Source of the DNA: Haloferax volcanii DS2
GTDB lineage: Archaea > Halobacteriota > Halobacteria > Halobacteriales > Haloferacaceae
Reading direction: 5' to 3'
Assembly (NCBI RefSeq): GCF_000025685.1
Contig: NC_013967.1
Location: 1,170,001-1,202,000 of the forward strand
Length of the DNA: 32,000 nucleotides
Both the position numbers and the translations under genes were made by a program. A model generated the notes under the pieces. It had not been told where the DNA came from, made no database searches, and saw nothing but the letters and a program-made list of their open reading frames with translations. Numbering within the stretch: position 1 is the stretch's first letter; each line of letters opens with the position of its first letter. Positions 7,436-14,665 of the stretch are shown here, piece after piece.

Positions 7436-9008
7436 GTCGCCCGTCTCAGACGCCGACGTGTGCGTCGTCGGTGCCGGGCCCGCCGGCGGTATCGTGGCTC
7501 ACCGACTCGCCGAGTCGGGGGCGTCGGTCGTCGTCCTCGAAGCCGGGCCGCGGTTCGACGGCGACAGGCGGGAACAGTTGGAACAGCACATCCGCCCCGG
7601 CCTCGGCGGCCCGTGGGAGATGGGCGGCCCGCGGGACGCGTTTTCCTCCTCCGGCGACTCGTTTTACCCGCTGAACGCCGCCCGCGTGAAGGGCGTCGGC
7701 GGGTCGACGCTCCACTGGCAGGGGATGGTGATGCGCCTCCACGAGCGCGATTTCGAACTCGACTCCAGACACGGCGTCGGTGCCGACTGGCCCATCGGCT
7801 ACGACGACCTCCGGCCGTACTACGCCGCCGCGGAGCGCGAGTTGGGCGTCGCCGGCGCGGCCGACAACCCCTACGCGCCGCCCCGGGAGGAGCCCCACCC
7901 CCTTCCCGCCTTCCGCCCGTCGCACTCCGACTCTATCTTCGCTGCGGCCTGCGAGCGCCTCGGCATCGACATGCACTCGGTGGGCAACGCCCGCAACTCC
8001 GAACCCTACGACGGCCGGTCGTCCTGCGTCGGCTACGGGACGTGCAAGCCGGTCTGTCCCTCCGGCGCGAAGTACACCGCCGAATCACACGTCGAGAAGG
8101 CCGAAGCCGCGGGCGCGCGGGTCATCGACCGAGCGCGAGTCCGGCGACTCGACCACGACGAGACGGGCGAGCGCGTCGTCGCCGCCGCCTACACGACGCC
8201 CGACGGCGAGACCCACAGACAGGAAGCGACCCAGTTCGTCCTCGCCTGCGGCGGCGTCGAGAACGTCCGACTGCTCCTGCTCTCCGACTCCGACCGCTAC
8301 CCCGACGGCCTCGCCAACTCCTCGGGGGCGGTCGGTCGGTACTTCATGGACCACCTGTTCGCCGGGGCGGGCGGCCGCCTCGACCGACCCACCCGACAGA
8401 ATCACGTCGGCTTCAACACCAGCGAGTGCCACCAGTTCTACGACGACGCCGAGCCGGTCAACGGCCTCAAACTGGAGTTTCTCAACTACGCCGGCCCGTC
8501 GCCGGTCATCGACGCCCTCCACGCCGACACGTGGGGCGACGACCTGCGCGACCAGTTGGACGAGAGCTACGGCACGCACATCTCGATGGGCGCGCTGGTC
8601 GAACAACTCCCCCGCGAGGACAACTACGTCGGCCTCGACCGGGCGACGACCGACGACCTCGGCGACCCCGTCCCCGAGATACACTGGTCGGTCGACGAAC
8701 AGACGGAGGCCGCACTCTCGCGAGCCAACGGGATTCAGACGCGCGTGCTGGACGAACTCGGCATCGAGGACCGCTGGACCGTCGGCCCCGACGAGACCGG
8801 TCCCGCGTACCACCACATGGGGACGACGCGGATGGGCGACGACCCCGACGAGAGCGTCGTCGACGCCGAGTGCCGAGCGCACGACCTCGACAACCTCTGG
8901 ATTTCGGGGTCGAGCGTCTTCCCGACCGGCGGCGCGATGAACCCGACGCTCACCATCGCGGCGCTCTCCGTGCGACTCGCCGAGTCGCTTCGGGCGGCGC
9001 TCGGCTGA
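7428..9008 (+). CDS. GMC family FAD-dependent oxidoreductase (large catalytic subunit)
   Basis: N-terminal FAD-binding fold DVCVVGAGPAGGIVAHRLAE and a C-terminal GMC region (HHMGTTRMG, NLWISGSSVFPTGG). No signal peptide of its own. It overlaps the small-subunit gene by 8 nt. Confidence 0.9.
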   Translation: MDRSPVSDADVCVVGAGPAGGIVAHRLAESGASVVVLEAGPRFDGDRREQLEQHIRPGLGGPWEMGGPRDAFSSSGDSFYPLNAARVKGVGGSTLHWQGMVMRLHERDFELDSRHGVGADWPIGYDDLRPYYAAAERELGVAGAADNPYAPPREEPHPLPAFRPSHSDSIFAAACERLGIDMHSVGNARNSEPYDGRSSCVGYGTCKPVCPSGAKYTAESHVEKAEAAGARVIDRARVRRLDHDETGERVVAAAYTTPDGETHRQEATQFVLACGGVENVRLLLLSDSDRYPDGLANSSGAVGRYFMDHLFAGAGGRLDRPTRQNHVGFNTSECHQFYDDAEPVNGLKLEFLNYAGPSPVIDALHADTWGDDLRDQLDESYGTHISMGALVEQLPREDNYVGLDRATTDDLGDPVPEIHWSVDEQTEAALSRANGIQTRVLDELGIEDRWTVGPDETGPAYHHMGTTRMGDDPDESVVDAECRAHDLDNLWISGSSVFPTGGAMNPTLTIAALSVRLAESLRAALG

Positions 9009-9102
9009 CGGCCGTCGGTGTCGCGTCCCCAACCCGACCCCCTACCGCCACGTCCGACCCGGAGTACGCACCCTTAAGAACCGCGACCCGCATTTTCCGA
9101 CC

Positions 9103-10188
9103 ATGCAACCACGGGACCTCTCCGCGCACGCTCCCTACGTACCCGGCCGCGGGACAGAGGAGGTCGCCCGCGAACTCGGAATGGACCCCGAGGACCTGAC
9201 GAAACTCTCCTCGAACGAGAACCCCCACGGCCCGAGTCCGAAGGCGGTCGCCGCCATCGAAGACGCCGCGCCGACCGTGAGCGTCTACCCGAAGACCGCC
9301 CACACGGACCTGACCGAACGCCTCGCCGACAAGTGGGGCCTCGCACCCGAACAGGTGTGGGTGTCTCCCGGCGCGGACGGCTCTATCGACTACCTGACCC
9401 GCGCGGTGCTCGAACCGGACGACCGGATTCTCGAACCCGCGCCCGGCTTTTCGTACTACTCGATGAGCGCCCGCTACCACCACGGCGACGCCGTCCAGTA
9501 CGAGGTGTCGAAGGACGACGACTTCGAACAGACCGCCGACCTCGTCCTCGACGCCTACGACGGCGAGCGCATGGTCTACCTCACAACGCCGCACAACCCC
9601 ACCGGTTCCGTGCTCCCGCGGGAGGAACTCGTCGAACTGGCCGAGTCGGTCGAAGAGCACACGCTCCTCGTCGTCGACGAGGCCTACGGCGAGTTCGCCG
9701 AGGAGCCGTCGGCCATCGACCTCTTGTCGGAGTACGACAACGTCGCGGCCCTGCGGACGTTCTCGAAGGCGTACGGGCTGGCCGGCCTCCGCATCGGCTA
9801 CGCCTGCGTGCCCGAGGCGTGGGCCGACGCCTACGCCCGCGTGAACACGCCGTTCGCCGCCAGCGAGGTCGCCTGCCGCGCCGCGCTCGCCGCGCTCGAC
9901 GACGAGGAACACGTCGAGAAATCCGTCGAGTCGGCCCGGTGGTCCCGCGACTATCTCCGCGAACACCTCGACGCGCCGACGTGGGAAAGCGAGGGCAACT
10001 TCGTCCTCGTCGAGGTCGGCGACGCCACGGCCGTCACCGAGGCCGCCCAGCGCGAGGGCGTCATCGTCCGCGACTGCGGGAGCTTCGGCCTGCCGGAGTG
10101 CATCCGCGTCTCCTGCGGCACGGAAACCCAGACCAAGCGCGCCGTGGACGTGCTCAACCGCATCGTCTCGGAGGTGCCGACGGCGTGA
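9103..10188 (+). CDS. hisC: Histidinol-phosphate aminotransferase (class II PLP aminotransferase)
   Basis: 361 aa with LSSNENPHGPSP, the PLP-lysine context (RTFSKAYGLAGLRIGY) and IRVSCGT near the C-terminus. A TATA-like CTTAAGAA at 9073-9080 lies 23-30 nt upstream. Confidence 0.9.
   Translation: MQPRDLSAHAPYVPGRGTEEVARELGMDPEDLTKLSSNENPHGPSPKAVAAIEDAAPTVSVYPKTAHTDLTERLADKWGLAPEQVWVSPGADGSIDYLTRAVLEPDDRILEPAPGFSYYSMSARYHHGDAVQYEVSKDDDFEQTADLVLDAYDGERMVYLTTPHNPTGSVLPREELVELAESVEEHTLLVVDEAYGEFAEEPSAIDLLSEYDNVAALRTFSKAYGLAGLRIGYACVPEAWADAYARVNTPFAASEVACRAALAALDDEEHVEKSVESARWSRDYLREHLDAPTWESEGNFVLVEVGDATAVTEAAQREGVIVRDCGSFGLPECIRVSCGTETQTKRAVDVLNRIVSEVPTA
10170..10176 (+). promoter_or_regulatory. 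Shine-Dalgarno motif GGAGGTG inside the hisC 3' end, serving the downstream kinase gene
   Basis: 8 nt upstream of GTG 10185. That start overlaps the hisC stop (GTGA). Confidence 0.5.
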
Positions 10189-10694
10189 GAGTCGTCGTCA
10201 CCGGCACGCCCGGCACCGGAAAGACCACGGCGACCGAGCGCGTCGCCGCCGACCTCGACCTCGACGTGGTCCACCTCAACCGACTCGTGAAAGACGAGGG
10301 TCTCTGGACCGAGCGCGACGACGAGCGCGACACGCTCGTCGTGGACCTCGACGCCGCCCGCGACGAGCTCGGCGACTGGGACGGCATCGTCGAGAGCCAC
10401 CTCGCACACCACTTCGAGGCCGACCGCGTGGTCGTGCTTCGGTGTCGGCCCGACGTACTCGAACAGCGCCTCCTCGACCGCGGCGAAGCCGAGGCGAAGG
10501 CGCGCGAGAACCGCGAGTCCGAGGCGCTGGACGTGATTCTCGGCGAGGCCGTCGAGTTCCACGGCGAGGAGTCGGTGTACGAAATCGACACGACCGACCG
10601 CGACCCCGACGCCGTCGCCGACGACATCGCGGCGGTCGTCGCGGGCGAGCGCGAACCCTCGGCGGGAACCGTCGACTTCATCGACTACCTATGA
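10185..10694 (+). CDS. Adenylate kinase isoenzyme 6 / Fap7-like P-loop NTPase
   Basis: GTG start overlapping the hisC stop. Walker A VVVTGTPGTGKTT and about 169 aa, with the domain layout typical of archaeal AK6-type kinases. Confidence 0.8.
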   Translation: MRVVVTGTPGTGKTTATERVAADLDLDVVHLNRLVKDEGLWTERDDERDTLVVDLDAARDELGDWDGIVESHLAHHFEADRVVVLRCRPDVLEQRLLDRGEAEAKARENRESEALDVILGEAVEFHGEESVYEIDTTDRDPDAVADDIAAVVAGEREPSAGTVDFIDYL

Positions 10695-11293
10695 CGCTCG
10701 ACCAGTACCGCGACACCGCCGACAAGCTGCTCGCCCCGTTCGTCTCCGTCGCCGACGCGGTCGGTCTCTCACCGAACGGCGTGAGCGTCGTCGCCTTCGG
10801 GTTCGCCGTCGCCGCCGGCGTCGCCTTCGGCCTCGCCGATCCGCTTTGGTACGGCCTCGGCGCGGTGTTCGTCTTCTGTAACGGCTGGCTCGACCTCGTG
10901 GACGGCGCGCTCGCCCGCGAGCAGGGCGTCTCCTCGAAGGCCGGCGACCTGCTCGACCACGTGCTGGACCGCTACGCCGACATCGTCGTCCTCGTCGGCC
11001 TCGCCGCCGGCATCGACTCGTTCGCGCTGGGCCTCGCGGCCGTCACGGGCGTCCTCATGACCTCCTACCTCGGCACGCAGATTCAGGCGGTCGGCCTCGG
11101 GCGCGCCTACGGCGGCCTCGTCGGGCGCGCCGACCGACTGGCGCTCATGGGCCTCGTCGGCCTCGCGTCCGCCGTCTACCCCGACGCCGTCGGCGGGCTG
11201 ACGCTCGCCGGCTGGCTCCTCGTGTTCTTCGCCGTCGTCGGCCACCTCACCGCGGTCCAGCGCTTCTGGGGCGCGTGGGGCGACCTGACCTGA
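10691..11293 (+). CDS. CDP-alcohol phosphatidyltransferase family protein (archaetidyl-headgroup transferase, substrate unresolved)
   Basis: Full signature D-x2-D-G-x2-A-R-x8-G-x3-D-x3-D is seen (DLVDGALAREQGVSSKAGDLLDHVLD). Multi-TM protein of 200 aa. ATG 10691 overlaps the upstream stop (ATGA). Confidence 0.85.
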   Translation: MTLDQYRDTADKLLAPFVSVADAVGLSPNGVSVVAFGFAVAAGVAFGLADPLWYGLGAVFVFCNGWLDLVDGALAREQGVSSKAGDLLDHVLDRYADIVVLVGLAAGIDSFALGLAAVTGVLMTSYLGTQIQAVGLGRAYGGLVGRADRLALMGLVGLASAVYPDAVGGLTLAGWLLVFFAVVGHLTAVQRFWGAWGDLT

Positions 11294-11301
11294 CCTGACC
11301 T
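11282..11301. repeat. Pentanucleotide tandem repeat (GACCT)x4 spanning the stop codon
   Basis: Read directly as GACCTGACCTGACCTGACCT. It contains TGA at 11286, 11291 and 11296, one in each reading frame. Confidence 0.9.
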
Positions 11302-11497
11302 TCCCCACCCCGTCAAACTTCGACTCAGCCAACCACGCCCCACGCTCGAATCGACTCGGTTCGGCGCGGGGCGACGCGACCCCGAGCCGACACCGTCGCC
11401 GCGGCGCGCTCTTTCGGTCCGCTCTAGCATCCGTTTCGCTCCCGTAACCAGGTGGGACCGCCCCGCGTCGGGTGTGGATGTTGCCCGCTAAACCAGA

Positions 11498-11504
11498 TTT
11501 ATAT
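11498..11504 (+). promoter_or_regulatory. Consensus TATA box TTTATAT within an AT-rich island
   Basis: Near-perfect haloarchaeal TATA consensus in the AT-rich segment 11493-11617. No protein-coding start lies at the leaderless distance. Confidence 0.4.
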
Positions 11505-11564
11505 GATTGAGATTATCACCAGTTACCGTCCTCAAATGATTCTGAATTATACTACACACCGTCT

Positions 11565-11580
11565 GTATCGGGGACGATAC
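11565..11580 (+). other. Hairpin GTATCG-GGGA-CGATAC followed by T-rich sequence (candidate intrinsic structure or terminator)
   Basis: 6-bp perfect stem with a 4-nt loop, read directly. Downstream T-rich sequence: TTCGATTCGGTTATCTTCAGTTTTG (TTTT at 11606-11609). Confidence 0.35.
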
Positions 11581-11630
11581 CGGCGTTCGATTCGGTTATC
11601 TTCAGTTTTGAATCTGGAGCGTGTTCGGCC

Positions 11631-11816
11631 GTGACGCGCTCGCACGACGGCGTTCTCGACGTGGGGTGCGGCCCGAGACGCGCCGGCGGGGCCGATATCG
11701 CCCGCGACGGCGCGGCACAGTCCGTCGAGTTCGTGACCGAACCGGCGGGCGTCTCGGTGGCGACTCGCCGGCCCCGAACGCGGGACCGACCGCCGTACGC
11801 GACGCTCAGCGACTGA
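11631..11816 (+). CDS. 61-aa upstream ORF, or the displaced N-terminal exon-like part of the histidine kinase
   Basis: GTG start. About 90% of codons end in G/C, so this is the coding-looking frame for the segment. The stop TGA (11814-11816) overlaps ATG 11816 of the kinase (TGATG). Confidence 0.3.
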   Translation: MTRSHDGVLDVGCGPRRAGGADIARDGAAQSVEFVTEPAGVSVATRRPRTRDRPPYATLSD

Positions 11817-13234
11817 TGTTCGTCGTCGACGCGGCGGGAACCGTAATCCACGCGAGCGACGAGTTCGCGGCGCATCTCGGCGCGGACGCCGCGGCACTCC
11901 GGGGGCGACCGCTTTCCGGCTTCGTCGGCGACGGGGACTGGCCGGACGTTCGCGGGACGCTCGACGCCGTGCGAAGGGCGAGCGGGTGGGAGAGCCGTCG
12001 GTGCCGCTGTCGGCTCTCGGCGGGTGACGACGGGCCGGCGGTCGGGGACGCGCCAGCCGAAATCGACATCGAACTCGAGTTCGCCCCGTACCGCGGCGAC
12101 GGCGGTGGTTATGGGGACGGGGACGGCGACCGCTTCGACTCCGACTCCGACGCGAACCGGGTCGTCGGCGCGGTCTGCCGCGAGCCGTCCGAACCGACGA
12201 CCGCGCGGCTGCACACCGAGCGCGACCGCTTCGACCACCTGTTCGACCTCATCGACGACGCGGTCATCGAGTTCGAAATCGTCGGCATCGAGCCGGTCGT
12301 TCGGGCGGTCAACCCGGGGTTAGAGAGCGTCTTCGGCTACGACGCGGACGAGATTCGCGGCGAGTCGCTCAACGACTTCATCGTCCCGCCGGACGCCGAC
12401 GACGAGGCGGTCGACTTCGACCAGCGGACGGCCGACGGGAAGGCAAATCACGCCATCGTCACCCGGCAGACCGCGTGGGGCAGACGCGAGTTCCTCTACC
12501 GTGGCATCCCGTACAGTCGCGGCGACGGGAAGCAGTACGGCTTTTCCATCTACTCCGATATCACCAGCCAGCGCCGGGCCAGAGAGCACTTACAGGTGCT
12601 CCAGCGCGTCCTCCGGCACAACCTCAGAAACGAGATGAACGTCGTCCTCGGGATGGCCGAGGAGATACGCGAAGCGACGGCCGACCCGCGCGTCGACCAC
12701 GGGGCCGCGCGAATCGCCGACCACACGGAGACGCTCCTCCGAGTCAGCGAGAAGGCCCGGACCGCCGCGGCGGTCCTCGACGACCAGCGTCCCGACGAGG
12801 TGATCGATGCGACCGAGACGGTCCGCGCCGTCGTCGAGCCGCGGCGGACTCGGTTCCCCGCCGCGACGTTCGACCTCGACCTCCCGCCGTCGCTCCCGGT
12901 GTCGGTCGGGCCGAAACTCGCGCAGGCGCTCGCCAACGTCGTGGAGAACGCGCTCGAACACACCCCCGAAGACGTGACGGTCCGCATCGAGGCGAAGCGC
13001 TGCGAGAACGACGCGACGCTCCGCGTCAGCGACGACGGCGACGGTATCCCCGAAATCGAGTGGGCGGCTGTCTTCGGTGACGAGGACATCACGCAACTCA
13101 GCCACGGCTCCGGGCTGGGGCTGTGGGTCGTCAAGTGGGTGGTCGAATCCGCGGGCGGCCGCGTCGATTACGACCGACGCGACGGGTGGAGCACCGTCCA
13201 ACTGACGCTCCCGCTGGCGGACGGGAGCCGGTAG
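11816..13234 (+). CDS. Cytoplasmic sensor histidine kinase with two PAS-like domains
   Basis: H-box LQRVLRHNLRNEMNVV, N-box VENALEH, G-boxes DDGDGIP and GSGLGLW. PAS-like segments start at MFVVDAAGTVIHASDEF and FDLIDDAVIEFEI. No TM segments. In this frame the tracked ORF start at 11621 gives only an Arg-rich off-frame-looking peptide. Confidence 0.85.
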   Translation: MFVVDAAGTVIHASDEFAAHLGADAAALRGRPLSGFVGDGDWPDVRGTLDAVRRASGWESRRCRCRLSAGDDGPAVGDAPAEIDIELEFAPYRGDGGGYGDGDGDRFDSDSDANRVVGAVCREPSEPTTARLHTERDRFDHLFDLIDDAVIEFEIVGIEPVVRAVNPGLESVFGYDADEIRGESLNDFIVPPDADDEAVDFDQRTADGKANHAIVTRQTAWGRREFLYRGIPYSRGDGKQYGFSIYSDITSQRRAREHLQVLQRVLRHNLRNEMNVVLGMAEEIREATADPRVDHGAARIADHTETLLRVSEKARTAAAVLDDQRPDEVIDATETVRAVVEPRRTRFPAATFDLDLPPSLPVSVGPKLAQALANVVENALEHTPEDVTVRIEAKRCENDATLRVSDDGDGIPEIEWAAVFGDEDITQLSHGSGLGLWVVKWVVESAGGRVDYDRRDGWSTVQLTLPLADGSR

Positions 13235-13273
13235 CGCCCCCGCCCCGAGCGATTCGGTGGCCGGTGGCGTGCC

Positions 13274-13280
13274 TTTTATA
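13274..13280 (+). promoter_or_regulatory. TATA box TTTTATA for mbf1
   Basis: 25-31 nt upstream of ATG 13305 (leaderless spacing). Confidence 0.45.
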
Positions 13281-13304
13281 CGCGGCGGGCGGGTACGTGA
13301 GTGT

Positions 13305-13826
13305 ATGCCTCAGTGCGAGATGTGCGGCTCCGACCAAGCCTCTCTGAAGACTGTGAAGGTCGAAGGCGCAGAACTGCAGCTGTGTGACGACTGCGCCGAG
13401 TTCGGCACGGAGGTCCGCACCGAGTCGACTTCCAGTGCGAGCACGAAGTACTCCACCACCTCCTCGTCGGGCTCGAACTCCTCTCGCTCCTCGGGGTCGT
13501 CTTCCTCCTCGTCGTCGAAGACGCGCCGCCGCGACATGTTCGACGACATGGACGAAATCGCGACCGACTACGACGACCGCATCCGGCAGGCGCGGGAGTC
13601 GCGCGGGCTGAGCCAAGAAGAGCTCGCCCAGTCGCTCAACGAGAAGGCGAGCCTCATCCGCAAGATCGAACGCGGCGACATCATGCCGCCGGACTCCGTC
13701 CGGAAGAAAATCGAGCGCAAGCTCGACATCTCGCTGGTCGAAGGCGAGAGCGACGACGACTCCGAGTGGTCCGGCGGCGGCTCCACGACCACCACCCTCG
13801 GCGACGTGATCAAACGGAAGGACTAA
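13305..13826 (+). CDS. Multiprotein bridging factor 1 (archaeal MBF1: zinc ribbon plus Cro/C1-type HTH)
   Basis: N-terminal CxxC...CxxC (CEMCG...CDDC) and C-terminal HTH (GLSQEELAQSLNEKASLIRKIERG). I prefer the start at ATG 13305 inside the tracked ORF 13257..13826. Confidence 0.85.
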   Translation: MPQCEMCGSDQASLKTVKVEGAELQLCDDCAEFGTEVRTESTSSASTKYSTTSSSGSNSSRSSGSSSSSSSKTRRRDMFDDMDEIATDYDDRIRQARESRGLSQEELAQSLNEKASLIRKIERGDIMPPDSVRKKIERKLDISLVEGESDDDSEWSGGGSTTTTLGDVIKRKD

Positions 13827-13976
13827 TCGGAAGCGCCCGACGCCGACCCGTCGCGGGACCCGCGCGACCGAACCCTTCGATTCGTCCATCACGATTTTCC
13901 GCCCGCGAGACGCCGTCTCGTGGCAATCGCATCCACGAAAACCAATCTATTAGTCTCGCCGGACGCGAGTTCGATT

Positions 13977-14621
13977 GTGTTCATCCTAGTCAACCTCAAG
14001 GCGTACCCGTGTGACCCCATCGAAGTCGCCACCGCCGCGCGCGACGTGGCCGAGGCGTCCGGCGTCCGCATCGCCGTCTCCCCGCAGGCGGCCGACATCT
14101 CCCGCGTCGCAGACACCGGCGTCGAGACGTGGGCCCAGCACGTGGACCCGAACGGCCACGGCAGCCACACCGGCAGCACCCTCGCCGAGGCCGTCGCCGA
14201 GGCCGGCGCGGTCGGCACGCTCATCAACCACTCCGAAAAGCGCCTGAAGCTCGCTGACATCGACGGCTCCGTCCAAGCCGCCGAGCGAGCGGGCCTCGAA
14301 ACCTGCGTCTGCGCCAACAACCCCGCCCAAATCGGTGCGGTCTCCGCGCTCGGCCCCGACTCGGTCGCCGTCGAGCCGCCGGAACTCATCGGCGGCGACG
14401 TCTCCGTCGCGACGGCCGACCCCGGCATCGTCACCGACGCCGTCGACGCCGCGGCCAACGTGGACGAGGACGTGGAGGTCTACTGCGGCGCTGGCATCTC
14501 GACCGGCGACGACGTGGTGACCGCCGAGGAACTCGGCGCGTCCGGCATCCTGCTGGCCTCCGGCGTCGCCAAGGCCGACGACCCGCGCGCGGCGCTCGAA
14601 GACCTCGTCTCCGGGCTGTAA
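13977..14621 (+). CDS. tpiA: Triosephosphate isomerase (short archaeal type)
   Basis: Catalytic contexts are seen: LVNLKAY (Asn/Lys), INHSEKR (His), [10 protein letters not shown] (Glu). GTG 13977 gives [10 protein letters not shown] and a 214-aa protein typical of archaeal TIM. The tracked ORF begins upstream at 13920. Confidence 0.9.
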   Translation: MFILVNLKAYPCDPIEVATAARDVAEASGVRIAVSPQAADISRVADTGVETWAQHVDPNGHGSHTGSTLAEAVAEAGAVGTLINHSEKRLKLADIDGSVQAAERAGLETCVCANNPAQIGAVSALGPDSVAVEPPELIGGDVSVATADPGIVTDAVDAAANVDEDVEVYCGAGISTGDDVVTAEELGASGILLASGVAKADDPRAALEDLVSGL

Positions 14622-14665
14622 ACTGTAACGGCGTCGAAAACCGCCGGGACCGAACGACGGCTGGA

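Noticed and set aside
11452-11634. 60-aa ORF inside the AT-rich island (MGPPRVGCGCCPLNQIYMIEIITSYRPQMILNY...)
   Set aside because: Codon third positions are AT-rich and the composition (Ile/Tyr/Asn/Arg-rich, non-acidic) is unlike the proteins of this genome. The region is better explained as non-coding regulatory or RNA sequence.
11655-11680. DVGCGP motif in the 61-aa upstream ORF as evidence for a SAM-methyltransferase
   Set aside because: The match is to a 6-residue glycine-rich motif only. The ORF is far too short for a Rossmann-fold methyltransferase and lacks the following motifs.
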